64,000 bases of DNA, from sequence record PZ386980.1. The stretch is one strand, 5' to 3'. The notes beneath the pieces are model-generated. The model made no database searches. It was not told where the DNA came from and worked only from the letters and a program-made list of their open reading frames with translations. Of the stretch, positions 28,013-37,814 are shown one piece after another. Position numbers and translations under genes: made by a program. Source of the stretch: a phage. Every line of letters starts with the position of its first letter. Positions within the stretch are counted from its first letter, which is position 1.

Positions 28013-29439
28013 TAAAATTTTAATTCATTTGCCAAAGCATCTAACTGAGCTCGAGCTGATTCATTTCTTTGATAGCGATTCTGTTCAGCCTGAATCTGTT
28101 GTGAACCTGCTACTTCACTCACTTCGGTTGGAGTAGAATCTTGTTCAATTTCTACCCATTTTTGATTTCCTTTTTGAACACCCATCAAAAACTTATTCCA
28201 CTTATTCTTATCACCATATCGTGATTTGATTTGCTTAATAAGTTGTTGTTCAGCAGCTGCTAGCTCCTCGGTTTCAATGACCGCAAGCATAAAATCAGCT
28301 GTTGCTGGAAGACCAGCAGATTCTGCAATATCGCTCATGTTAACATCGGAAGAGTCCCAAGCTTGTTTACCGACCTGTGCTGCAGTCCAAAGAACAGTTT
28401 CGGTTTCAACAGCCAGAGCACGCAATTCCTCTGCGATAGCTTTAACAGTTGTGTAACTATTTTCTGAATAAACTCTAATGCGGCAAGATTTACAAATACC
28501 TAGATAGTCGACAATAATGATTGTTGGAACAAAATTCTTTTTGAGCTTTAATTCATTTAAAAGTGATCGAAATGTATTAGCGTCTGCTCCACCAGTAGGA
28601 TATTGCTTAACGATTAAACGACCAAGGGTAGATTTCTCACGCCATTTTTCCATTTTTCCTTTATATTCAGCGTAAGAAATATGCCCATCATCAATGTCAT
28701 CAAGAGAAACATCAAGCATGTTAGCGTCAATACGCTTAGCACAGACTTCTTCTGCCATTTCCATGGAAATGTAAAGAACATTATGTCCGAGCTGTAAATA
28801 ATCTGCTGCTAATGAACACAATCCTAATGATTTACCAACGTTAACGCCAGCCATTAAAACGTTCAGTGTTCCAGTTTCAGCTCCGCCTTTCGTAATTTTG
28901 TTTAGAATTCTGAGTTTAAATGGAACTTTACGAGCTTTATTCATATAAGATAGCCAGCGTGCTTCGTAGTCATCCATCCAATCATGACCAACGTAGCTAT
29001 CAAATGAAATTGATAATGCTTGACGCATGATGTCAGGAATAGCACCAACATCCGGCATTTTCTTATTTCGTTTTTCCGGAGGAAGCTCAGCATTAGTTTG
29101 AATTTCGATTATTTTAGACGTAGCATTAAACATCGCCCTTTGCTGAACATATTTTTCTGTTTCTTTTACTAACCAGCTGTGGTCTTCTGGAGAATCGGCT
29201 AGTTTTGAAATAAGTGTTTTTACACCAGAATATTCCGTTTCAGTAAATGAACTATTTTCTAATGCAACATTTAACGCATTAATAGATGGAACGCTATGAT
29301 ACTCATTAACATGAGATTTAATTAATTTGAACGTATTTTTAGCTGGACCACTTTCAAAATATTCTGAATCCATATATGGCCAAACTTTTGAAAAATAAGC
29401 TTGATCAAATATAAGATGAGAAAGAATAATTTCTACCAC
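28012..29439 (-). CDS. 41: replicative DNA helicase (DnaB-like)
   Basis: 475 aa, MVEIILSHLIFDQAYFSKVWPYMDSEYF...; Walker A GVNVGKS; matches T4 gp41. Confidence 0.92.
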   Translation of the reverse strand: MVEIILSHLIFDQAYFSKVWPYMDSEYFESGPAKNTFKLIKSHVNEYHSVPSINALNVALENSSFTETEYSGVKTLISKLADSPEDHSWLVKETEKYVQQRAMFNATSKIIEIQTNAELPPEKRNKKMPDVGAIPDIMRQALSISFDSYVGHDWMDDYEARWLSYMNKARKVPFKLRILNKITKGGAETGTLNVLMAGVNVGKSLGLCSLAADYLQLGHNVLYISMEMAEEVCAKRIDANMLDVSLDDIDDGHISYAEYKGKMEKWREKSTLGRLIVKQYPTGGADANTFRSLLNELKLKKNFVPTIIIVDYLGICKSCRIRVYSENSYTTVKAIAEELRALAVETETVLWTAAQVGKQAWDSSDVNMSDIAESAGLPATADFMLAVIETEELAAAEQQLIKQIKSRYGDKNKWNKFLMGVQKGNQKWVEIEQDSTPTEVSEVAGSQQIQAEQNRYQRNESARAQLDALANELKF

Positions 29440-29448
29440 ACTTACTCC

Positions 29449-29811
29449 TTAAAAGAATTTAAACTTTTTCTTTGACCTTTTATTAAATGCATCTTGTAGT
29501 TGCATTGTAATACATTTTTCTACATGAGGAGCTAACTCAGCTTTTCTTTCTTGGTCAAGAACAGCAAAGTCCATTACGACTTTTCCATCAACCCAATCTA
29601 ATTTTGTCACATACACAATGTGTGTAGAACCATCTTCTAGTTTAATGACAATCTCCTGGATAACATTTTCCATGGCAGATTTAATTATCTTAAGAGATTC
29701 ATTAAAAAGACGTTCTTTTCTTTCTTCTTCCCCCTCCGAAGAGGGGGATTCATCGATAATTTCTAGATCTAAATCTAAATCATCTTTATTCATTAAATTC
29801 TTCCATATCAC
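29449..29811 (-). CDS. 40: probable gp40 head-vertex assembly protein
   Basis: 120 aa between uvsX and 41 as in T4; start may be the second Met. Confidence 0.5.
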   Translation of the reverse strand: MIWKNLMNKDDLDLDLEIIDESPSSEGEEERKERLFNESLKIIKSAMENVIQEIVIKLEDGSTHIVYVTKLDWVDGKVVMDFAVLDQERKAELAPHVEKCITMQLQDAFNKRSKKKFKFF

Positions 29812-30967
29812 TTAACTGCTCGAGGTCAGTTTCTAAATCAGCAGCTGATTTACTTTTACTTTCTGGAGATTTAAATTTTTCAACCTTTGAGTTAATCAAT
29901 TCATCAACTTCAGCTTCAACAATTTCATTACTATCAATAGCACCTAACTGATAAGCACGTTTAATAGCATCTCGGAATGGTTGATGCTTAAATAAAGGAC
30001 CCCAGAATGTGGTGCAGTTGGTATCTTTTGCACGCCAAGATTTTTCTTCGCGAATCATCTCACCGGTTTCTTCATCAAGAAATTCACGAGCATACCAACC
30101 ATTTTTAGGTTTTACCACGAATCCTAATTCTAGAGCCATATCTAACAATCCAGAATAAGGATCGATACCGCCGTCAAATTTAACATCAATAAAGAATTTA
30201 CTTTTTTCTTTAACGGTACGAGATTTTTCTACATTTAGAACAAATTGATACCCTTGAAGATCAGAACCATCTTTAATCTGACGTTTACCGATAATGAATA
30301 CGGTATCAGCCGAATACATTACGCCTGTACCACCTGTCATCACGGTTTTACTAAACATTTCAATTGTTTCAATTGTATGGTTAACCGCAACACATGGAAT
30401 ATTTTTAATGCTAAAGTAAGGAGTAACAATACGGAATAATGACTTCAGTGATTTAGCACGAGTCATATCTGCCACAGATTTTTCATTCAAGGCATCTTCC
30501 GTTTCTTTCTTAGAAGCCATATTACCAATTGAGTCGATGAATACAATAACCTTTTCACCACGCTCAATAGCTTCAAGCTGGTTCACCATATCAATTTTCA
30601 GCTGTTCAACTGACTGAATCGGCGTATGAATTACTCGTTCCGGGTCAACTCCCATGGATCGCAAATAAGCTGGAGTAATACCAAATTCACTATCATAGAA
30701 TAGACAAACCGCGTCAGGATATTTGTTCAAATATGCCGCAACCATAGTCAAAGACATATTTGATTTAAAGTGTTTAGAAGGCCCTGCGAAAATAGTTAAA
30801 CCAGACTGCATGCCGCCATCAATCGCACCAGAAATAGCAATATTAAGCATTGGAATTTTTGTACGAATTACATCCTTTTCATTAAAGAATTTAGATGTAG
30901 TCAGTTCAGCAGTCATTTTAGAAGTGGAAGCTTTAATCAAACGGGATTTTAAATCTGCAATAGACAT
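29786..30967 (-). CDS. uvsX: UvsX RecA-like recombinase
   Basis: 393 aa, MSIADLKSRLIKASTSK...GLTIFAGPSKHFKS (Walker A); matches T4 UvsX. Confidence 0.92.
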   Translation of the reverse strand: MSIADLKSRLIKASTSKMTAELTTSKFFNEKDVIRTKIPMLNIAISGAIDGGMQSGLTIFAGPSKHFKSNMSLTMVAAYLNKYPDAVCLFYDSEFGITPAYLRSMGVDPERVIHTPIQSVEQLKIDMVNQLEAIERGEKVIVFIDSIGNMASKKETEDALNEKSVADMTRAKSLKSLFRIVTPYFSIKNIPCVAVNHTIETIEMFSKTVMTGGTGVMYSADTVFIIGKRQIKDGSDLQGYQFVLNVEKSRTVKEKSKFFIDVKFDGGIDPYSGLLDMALELGFVVKPKNGWYAREFLDEETGEMIREEKSWRAKDTNCTTFWGPLFKHQPFRDAIKRAYQLGAIDSNEIVEAEVDELINSKVEKFKSPESKSKSAADLETDLEQLSDMEEFNE

Positions 30968-31044
30968 TCATTTTTTCCATAGGCATCATTATATTTTCCT
31001 CACTGGTTAAAGATAGAGTAATTATAACACAATAAATTTAGGCA

Positions 31045-31893
31045 TTAATCAACTGCTATTGGATGAATAGCATTAAACTTATGAAATGCTTCTGATTTTT
31101 CTTTACGTGAAACGCACATGCGAAGAACCTTTAATGGTTCGTCTTCTTCACCCAACGATTTTCGTTTTTCAATATTAGAAGTTTTCCAACGAGCTTGCTC
31201 TGGAAACTCTCTATTAATCTGCTCAAGCGCTCTATTATGTTTAGAATTACTACGAATTGAACTGCACCCGCCAGGAGCTTGTGCTTTTCCAGATACAACT
31301 AGATATTTGAACAAGGCCAAATGCGGATAACCTTGATTAATTAAATTGAGAAATGCATACATATCTTCGCATAAATCAATTTTTCCATACCCAATTTGTT
31401 CTGTCGTAAGTTTTCCGAGGTCATACCATGTATTCGTGAATCCATATGAATTTTCACGATAATTACCCCAAGATGAAGTAATTTTAAAAATAGGTAGACG
31501 AGCATGGCCATGATAATACCCGCAATCCATGGCATCCTCAACATATTGAATCAATTCATAGAACTGTTCACGAGTCAATTGATTGACTTTATCTACGCAA
31601 CGACGATCATCTCTTTTTCGCATTGAACTCATACGAATAGTAGTATCATCGTCAATCATCCAGATTCGTTGACCTGCATACATATCGGTAATTGCTTTAC
31701 GAGTACCGGCAATTCCGTTTACATCATCAGGAATAGTTATAATTTTAGCTCTAGACCCATAAGCGTCATGATAAGCTTTTTCTTCATGTTCACGCACTAC
31801 AATATGCGGTTCATAATCAGTCGGAAACATATCAAGGGCAGAAACTGCCCTGACACGCTGATAACTTGGAATTACGAATTGAATCATTTCCAC
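31045..31893 (-). CDS. GT-A-like glycosyltransferase at the beta-gt locus (possible T2/T6-type beta-alpha-gt)
   Basis: 282 aa with DxD-like motif RIWMIDDDTTI; sits between uvsX and 42 where T4 has beta-gt but does not resemble T4 beta-gt. Confidence 0.5.
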   Translation of the reverse strand: MEMIQFVIPSYQRVRAVSALDMFPTDYEPHIVVREHEEKAYHDAYGSRAKIITIPDDVNGIAGTRKAITDMYAGQRIWMIDDDTTIRMSSMRKRDDRRCVDKVNQLTREQFYELIQYVEDAMDCGYYHGHARLPIFKITSSWGNYRENSYGFTNTWYDLGKLTTEQIGYGKIDLCEDMYAFLNLINQGYPHLALFKYLVVSGKAQAPGGCSSIRSNSKHNRALEQINREFPEQARWKTSNIEKRKSLGEEDEPLKVLRMCVSRKEKSEAFHKFNAIHPIAVD

Positions 31894-32624
31894 TCACCTT
31901 TATAGTCTTTTTTCACAATATGAGTTTCGCCAGTATTCCACCAATGATCAACCAAGTAAAAATGACGAGAATATACATGAAGACTTCCGACATTCCATAT
32001 AATAGAACCTGCTTTATACTGACGAGATGAATCGCCGGCATTCAAATCAGATACTAATTTATCTAATACGTATTTTTGCCATGCATAATCATTACGGAAT
32101 CCGAAGACCACGTCATTTGAGCGCATGCTTACTACTGCATTGACTTTCTTATCACGAATCAGGTACTGTACTGTATTAGTACACATGAAATCTGACATAC
32201 CATCTTTATTGTAGTCAAATTGCATGGATGGACGAGTATAAATCATGATACCACGTCGAGAATCAGGATTTTGACCAAGTTCAGCTAAACACATATCATA
32301 CTGGGCATAGTTATCTTCTGACCAAATAGCCCAACCATAATTCGAGTTAATTTCGCCTTTAGAAGATGCTACCTGCTGCCAAATCTTTGGTGTTTCACCT
32401 GGAATATCTTTAACAAACAAGCTCTTAGATTTATACCATTCAAGTTCACGTTGAATGTATTCATCATTAAGAGCGCCAAAAATAAACGGTTCATCTGCTA
32501 CAAATGATGCGCCAATAATTTCAATAGTTTTAACACCAGTTTTATCAACTACGAAATCTTTTTCTTTTAATGCAAGCCCCAAATGAAGACGGATTTCTTC
32601 AACTGTCATAGAGTCACTAATCAT
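31884..32624 (-). CDS. 42: dCMP hydroxymethylase
   Basis: 246 aa, MISDSMTVEEIRLHLGLALKEKDFVVDKTGVKTIEIIGASF...; matches T4 gp42. Confidence 0.9.
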   Translation of the reverse strand: MISDSMTVEEIRLHLGLALKEKDFVVDKTGVKTIEIIGASFVADEPFIFGALNDEYIQRELEWYKSKSLFVKDIPGETPKIWQQVASSKGEINSNYGWAIWSEDNYAQYDMCLAELGQNPDSRRGIMIYTRPSMQFDYNKDGMSDFMCTNTVQYLIRDKKVNAVVSMRSNDVVFGFRNDYAWQKYVLDKLVSDLNAGDSSRQYKAGSIIWNVGSLHVYSRHFYLVDHWWNTGETHIVKKDYKGEWK

Positions 32625-32631
32625 TTAAACC

Positions 32632-32781
32632 TCAATTGATACATTCATATTTAACTTGTAACAGTAATAAACCCCAACCTAAAATAATAGTTGGAATCAT
32701 AAGAGGAACCGTTACACTATAGTATATACTTATTATAATCATCAAGATTAAAAGCAACACTGTTATAATTTTGCTTTTCAT
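32632..32781 (-). CDS. tiny membrane peptide (49 aa)
   Basis: own translation MKSKIITVLLLILMIIISIYYSVTVPLMIPTIILGWGLLLLQ...; ATGA overlap with imm stop. Confidence 0.35.
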   Translation of the reverse strand: MKSKIITVLLLILMIIISIYYSVTVPLMIPTIILGWGLLLLQVKYECIN

Positions 32782-33029
32782 TCCTTCTCTCTGATGATAA
32801 TTACCTGATTTGGTTGTGCAGACTTTTTAGTTTCACCCGCAATTGACCAAATAAATGTAATAAACCAACCAATAATTGACCAGTTAAACAGTAAAGATGT
32901 GAAAAAGATTCCTACTGTCGATTTTGACCCACGCATCAAGGCGATAAACCATGGAAGCATGTATATAATAATAGCCAACACACCTGAAACTAAAACCATA
33001 AAAATTGAACCTGCTACTAAAGTTTCCAT
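32778..33029 (-). CDS. imm: Imm superinfection immunity membrane protein
   Basis: 83 aa, two hydrophobic helices; matches T4 Imm size, position and sequence. Confidence 0.8.
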   Translation of the reverse strand: METLVAGSIFMVLVSGVLAIIIYMLPWFIALMRGSKSTVGIFFTSLLFNWSIIGWFITFIWSIAGETKKSAQPNQVIIIREKE

Positions 33030-33036
33030 GTTTTCC

Positions 33037-33417
33037 TCACTTAGTCAAATTTTTTACGCATGAATTATAAGAATTCACTACATACTCCATCGGAGCATTT
33101 TTACCAGTACGCCATTGGTAATTATTAGCCCAATTAGCCCAAAGCTCGGCGCAGTAATTTTCAATTTTTTCTTCGCGTGTAATTACATCCGAATTACGAT
33201 ATGCTTGAGCAGATTCATCTGGACGAATAGCTTCGTCAAAATTCGCCTGCATTTGTTCTACTGTTTGCTTTGGAGCTTCTTTATAACACTTGACATTAGG
33301 ATTATAAAATTTGCTTGAACAGTTTACAATTTTTCCTACATCAGACTGATTTACTACCGGTCCTTGAGCTACACAACCAGTAAGACCTAATGCAATAACC
33401 AAAATAGCGATTTTCAT
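33037..33417 (-). CDS. predicted lipoprotein (126 aa)
   Basis: signal peptide with lipobox LTGC (MKIAILVIALGLTGCVAQG); several Cys in the mature part. Confidence 0.5.
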   Translation of the reverse strand: MKIAILVIALGLTGCVAQGPVVNQSDVGKIVNCSSKFYNPNVKCYKEAPKQTVEQMQANFDEAIRPDESAQAYRNSDVITREEKIENYCAELWANWANNYQWRTGKNAPMEYVVNSYNSCVKNLTK

Positions 33418-33429
33418 AATAATTTCCTC

Positions 33430-33681
33430 TTAAAACTTAACAAATAACTTTAAAGCATCTTCAATTTTAATTCCTTTTCTTACACCCATAACAGAAATTG
33501 GCTGTGACTGAAATTTTCCTTTACCATTATAAATTTCTAATCCAGTCACCATTCCATTTTGTTCTATAATACCGTAAGTGTTGCCTTCATTTTCAAATTC
33601 TTTAACTTTAAAGAGTTTATTAGCTTTTTCTGCGTTAATAACTTTTAAATTTTGAATAAAATTAGTTTGAATATTTTTCAT
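33430..33681 (-). CDS. hypothetical protein (83 aa)
   Basis: ORF track; ATG follows conserved cassette leader with GGAGG. Confidence 0.5.
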   Translation of the reverse strand: MKNIQTNFIQNLKVINAEKANKLFKVKEFENEGNTYGIIEQNGMVTGLEIYNGKGKFQSQPISVMGVRKGIKIEDALKLFVKF

Positions 33682-33689
33682 TTTCGGTT

Positions 33690-33745
33690 CCTCCGTAGTT
33701 GATAGTTGTATAGTACCATGGAAGAACAGTCTCGTAAACAGTTTT
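33690..33745 (-). promoter_or_regulatory. early promoter cassette (PeSL-type)
   Basis: minus strand GTTTACGAGACTGTTCTTCCATGGTACTATACAACTATCAACTACGGAGGAA. Confidence 0.5.
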
Positions 33746-33855
33746 GTGAAAATTTTTTAGGGAATTCTAAAGGTCCAGAATCATCTGTTTTTCATAAGTA
33801 TAGATTTATATTACTTGTATGAAAAGGGGACCCGGAGGTCCCTAGATTTATTCTA

Positions 33856-36552
33856 TCAGCCAAACAGGAAGTCTAACGAAGCTTTTTCTTCATAGTCCAT
33901 ACCAGCCGATTCACACATGCCTGCAAGCGGTTTAACAAACGATTTTTGGAACAAAGTTGAGTAGTCAATCCAAGACAATACGTCAGAACGAATTTCTTTT
34001 GGAAGTTCTGTGCCCGACGGCCAAGCAATGCACTTGTCACCAAATGGATTTCCTTCACGCAATGGAAGAACCATTACTTTATTTCCATCCAAAATTGGAG
34101 CTACACCCAGACCACTAACAGCTCGACGATAAGTTAGCACACCACGAATATGGAACGGACATTTAAATCCTGGCCAACCTTTATCATCATATTTCGCTAT
34201 ATCGTTCGCAGTTTTTACTTCAGCAATAACTTTATAGTCAAGTTGACGATATTCTTTCTCAAAGTTCTTATAATATTCTTGAACAGACTCTTCGCCTTCT
34301 TGAAGAATACGACGAATACTTTCTTCAAGAGCTTCTTGAACTGCTTTAGGCGTTGAACTTTGCTGAGTTTCCATACCCATGATTTTTAGATGCGGTTCAG
34401 CAAAACGCTTATCTTCCATATCATATACGTTCAGAGCATAACGCTTTTTCGCTTTCCAAAATCCACCAACGCCCTTTGAACCAAGTGGAGGGCAAGAAAT
34501 AGCTTCACGGTCCATATGCATCAGATGCTCGCGGTTATTCATATAATCACATAACTCACGATATGCAACATCAATCATAGGTTCCATCTTTTTCTTACCG
34601 AACTGATTCATGAATTCAACTAAATCGTTCTGCTCTTTGAATCGGTCAAGACCAACTTTTTCAATAACTTTATCTACACAAACATATACCGAATCAGTAT
34701 CACCTGCTGCAATGAAATCTTCGCCATTAGTTCCGCACACTTTATTCAGATACTCATTAATTTTACGAGCAATCCACTGAATACCAACTTGGCCGAAAAT
34801 TGTGATAGCAGTAGCATTTCGCAAATCATAGTAACGGAAATGAATATTACCAAGAGCACCGTAAAGGCTGTTAATAAGAATTTTACGGTTCAGCTGATTT
34901 GTATTAGCAAGTGTAGCCGCTTTTTCACATTCTTCAATCAAACTATTGAGAACAGATTCAGTATAATTCGATAGTTCATTTAAGAAATCATCACTGAACT
35001 TAACATATCGTTCAACTTCAGGTTTAGTTGAACAAGACCCTGCGCCTTTCATAATAATCTTTTTAATAGCTTCGGCATTCATTTCTTCAGCGAACATTTT
35101 CTTTTTCCAATCTTTACGCTGGAAAAATACTTTAGCGATTTCCTTTGGAATGATACCTTCTTGATGCTTATCGTACATCCATCCATTCGGAGAACAAGAA
35201 TATTCATCACTCGGTTTAGGAGCTGTTCCTGCGATATATTCATGAATTGGATGAACTTTAAACTGACCACGAATAGTCTCAGGACTAATGTTAACCTGAC
35301 GAATAATGCTCGGATACAGAGACGTCAAGTCAAAACTCATAATATATCGACGAGCAATTGGTTTAGGTTCAAATACAAATGCACCCGGAAAACTCTGTTT
35401 AACATGCGAACCTTGTTGAGGAATAACCTTGTGTTCACCTTTCAATGAGTTAAAAATAATAGCATCCCAGGTTTTAATAGGACTCATTACACCAGAAAAA
35501 GGCATTTTAGCGTAATAAGACATACTTAAAACTAGATCGATAAACCCGCGAATTTTATCAATTGCTTGAACTGATTCTACGTCAATGATGTTATAACTAA
35601 TGTATCGTTGATGATTAGTCTCACGAAGTTTATTAATAGGACCGTCGTATGGTAATTTACCTTTTTTGGTTTCATGCTGAGCAACTGATTCCAAAGAGAA
35701 TGACGGCAAATTAGTAAATGCGAATTTCTTATACAAATCTAAATAATCAAGAATAGATACGCCATCAATAGAATAAATTTCTTTGCTACCGTACATATTT
35801 TGGATAAGTTTAGATTTTACTCGACCGATTGGAGAGAAGCGTTTCATACTACGTTCACCGAGAACCATTTTAACGCGATTCATGATATACGGAACGTCAA
35901 ATCCCTCAATATTCCAACCAGTAAAAATAGCAGGTCGTTTCTGTTCCCAGAGATTGATATATTCCATGAGCATATCACGCTCATTATCGAATGGCATATA
36001 AATTACTCGGTCAAGAATTTCTTGAGGAACTTCATCACCACCTTCACAGTCAAGCTTAGCAGCTAACTTTGCATCCCATTTTGATACTGAACCATACATT
36101 GAATTCAAAAGGTCGAAAACATAAAAACGATCATCAATTGAATCGTAATGAGTGATAGCATCAATTTCATATTCAGCTTTCATTGGGTCAGGAAATTTAT
36201 CACCAGTAACCTCAATGTCACAGTTAGCTACACGAACAAATTTTCGGTCATAAACAATTTCTGAACCGTATGTATCACTGATATAAGCGAGTTTAAAATC
36301 GTTCATACCGAGAGCTTCGAGACCGATGTCTTCCATTCGTTTCATCCAATCTCGAGCATCTTTCATTGATGGAAATTTTTGAGGAGCGCAGTTTTTACCA
36401 TAGATGTCTTTGTATTTTGACTCTTCCTTACAATGCCTAAACATAGTCGGAAGATATTCTACTTCACGAGTACGTTCCTTTCCGTTTTCATCAATATAAC
36501 GTTCAACAATGTTATTTCCAACTGTTTCGATAGAGATATAAAATTCTTTCAT
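33856..36552 (-). CDS. 43: DNA polymerase (family B)
   Basis: 898 aa, MKEFYISIETVGNNIVERYIDENGKERTREVEYLPTMF...; same length as T4 gp43. Confidence 0.95.
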   Translation of the reverse strand: MKEFYISIETVGNNIVERYIDENGKERTREVEYLPTMFRHCKEESKYKDIYGKNCAPQKFPSMKDARDWMKRMEDIGLEALGMNDFKLAYISDTYGSEIVYDRKFVRVANCDIEVTGDKFPDPMKAEYEIDAITHYDSIDDRFYVFDLLNSMYGSVSKWDAKLAAKLDCEGGDEVPQEILDRVIYMPFDNERDMLMEYINLWEQKRPAIFTGWNIEGFDVPYIMNRVKMVLGERSMKRFSPIGRVKSKLIQNMYGSKEIYSIDGVSILDYLDLYKKFAFTNLPSFSLESVAQHETKKGKLPYDGPINKLRETNHQRYISYNIIDVESVQAIDKIRGFIDLVLSMSYYAKMPFSGVMSPIKTWDAIIFNSLKGEHKVIPQQGSHVKQSFPGAFVFEPKPIARRYIMSFDLTSLYPSIIRQVNISPETIRGQFKVHPIHEYIAGTAPKPSDEYSCSPNGWMYDKHQEGIIPKEIAKVFFQRKDWKKKMFAEEMNAEAIKKIIMKGAGSCSTKPEVERYVKFSDDFLNELSNYTESVLNSLIEECEKAATLANTNQLNRKILINSLYGALGNIHFRYYDLRNATAITIFGQVGIQWIARKINEYLNKVCGTNGEDFIAAGDTDSVYVCVDKVIEKVGLDRFKEQNDLVEFMNQFGKKKMEPMIDVAYRELCDYMNNREHLMHMDREAISCPPLGSKGVGGFWKAKKRYALNVYDMEDKRFAEPHLKIMGMETQQSSTPKAVQEALEESIRRILQEGEESVQEYYKNFEKEYRQLDYKVIAEVKTANDIAKYDDKGWPGFKCPFHIRGVLTYRRAVSGLGVAPILDGNKVMVLPLREGNPFGDKCIAWPSGTELPKEIRSDVLSWIDYSTLFQKSFVKPLAGMCESAGMDYEEKASLDFLFG

Positions 36553-36570
36553 AGATATTCCTTAGTTTAT

Positions 36571-36589
36571 AGCCCGAGTTATTAGGCTC
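36571..36589 (-). promoter_or_regulatory. gp43 translational operator hairpin
   Basis: mRNA reads GAGCC-UAAUAACUC-GGGCU about 20 nt upstream of the gene 43 AUG, as recalled for the T4 gp43 operator. Confidence 0.6.
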
Positions 36590-36632
36590 TTGATATATTA
36601 TACTCCAAATAAGGGGCCGAAGCCCCTTTGCT

Positions 36633-36920
36633 TTAAATTTCTATTGTACAACGCGATATAACGGACTTGCCATCTTTATTTGTGGTTTTGATAATCGCAT
36701 GAAATGCGCGTTGGCGTGGGTAAACTAATCGTTGGAATTCTTTTTGGAATTCTATTTGTTTATCTTCCGGGAGGTCAAAAACCAGTTGGGTAGAAGACAG
36801 ACCATATGTTTGTTTTAGATTTTCGAATATTAGAAAAGCTTCGGTAAACTGAATCTCTGATTGTGTCATATAATTTACCTTAATTACCAATCGTATATTT
36901 AGGAACGAGTTTCCATTCAT
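36633..36920 (-). CDS. hypothetical protein between regA and 43 (95 aa, or 78 aa from second Met)
   Basis: ORF track; overlaps the regA 3' end. Confidence 0.4.
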   Translation of the reverse strand: MNGNSFLNIRLVIKVNYMTQSEIQFTEAFLIFENLKQTYGLSSTQLVFDLPEDKQIEFQKEFQRLVYPRQRAFHAIIKTTNKDGKSVISRCTIEI

Positions 36921-37248
36921 GTTTTTGTTTAAAAGAAATAACTCGGAAGTTATTAGTTAAATCTTTCATAAAAGTTCTTTGACCAGGAACGATTTCAATC
37001 AGTCCCCAATCTTCTAACAGCCATGCAATCGAATCACGACGAACTTCATCTTCTTCTGTCATTTCAACTTGACGGCCATCCATACGAAGCATTTCTTTAA
37101 AATGAACGATATAGTATAGTCCTTTTTTCTGAAGAATATGACAGGACTGATACAGAACTTTATCTTTATTATTAGCAATTCCCATACGAGTCAAAGTTTC
37201 TTTTACTTTCAGAAAATCTTCAGGTTTTTTAAGAGTAATTTCAATCAT
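36880..37248 (-). CDS. regA: RegA translational repressor
   Basis: 122 aa, MIEITLKKPEDFLKVKETLTRMGIANNKDKVLYQSCHILQKKGLYYIVHFKEM...; matches T4 RegA. Confidence 0.88.
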   Translation of the reverse strand: MIEITLKKPEDFLKVKETLTRMGIANNKDKVLYQSCHILQKKGLYYIVHFKEMLRMDGRQVEMTEEDEVRRDSIAWLLEDWGLIEIVPGQRTFMKDLTNNFRVISFKQKHEWKLVPKYTIGN

Positions 37249-37249
37249 T

Positions 37250-37813
37250 TTACCATTCCAATGCTAGTTTTTTGAGTTGTTTCTGTTCTTTTACGTTCTT
37301 AGTCACTTCTTTCAAAAAATCATCCGTGACTAATCCTTTAAGTTCTTTTAATACTAAAGGTAGTTTTCCATTTTTAGTAAGAATTGATTTATAGTTAATT
37401 GCATCATTTGTGTTAACTTGATACCGCTTAGCAAGTAACTTAATAATCAATACTTCGGTGGAATCTTCAACTAGTTTTGCCCATTTACCATATCTTTTAC
37501 CACGAGGAACTGCAGCCATCAGATAATTAAAATGGGCTTCATCGCTTAAACCTGATCCAATTAAATTCATAGCATATACAGCTGGCATGCACTCCGGAAA
37601 TTGTGATAATGCATTTTCAACCATGAATTTTGAATAATCTTTTTGAGCAATAGAGCATTTAGTTTTATTATTAATAGCTCCAATTATTTCAAAAAACTCA
37701 TTTTCAGCTTTTTCTTTAAAAGAATCAGCAGCGGATTGGACAGCTGTCCAATCTTTTGAATACCAAGCAACTTGATGCTCGTTTAATTGAATATCATCTT
37801 CAAATAAGCTCAT
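37250..37813 (-). CDS. 62: clamp-loader small subunit
   Basis: 187 aa from [22 protein letters not shown]; ATGA overlap with gene 44. Confidence 0.88.
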   Translation of the reverse strand: MSLFEDDIQLNEHQVAWYSKDWTAVQSAADSFKEKAENEFFEIIGAINNKTKCSIAQKDYSKFMVENALSQFPECMPAVYAMNLIGSGLSDEAHFNYLMAAVPRGKRYGKWAKLVEDSTEVLIIKLLAKRYQVNTNDAINYKSILTKNGKLPLVLKELKGLVTDDFLKEVTKNVKEQKQLKKLALEW

Positions 37814-37814
37814 A

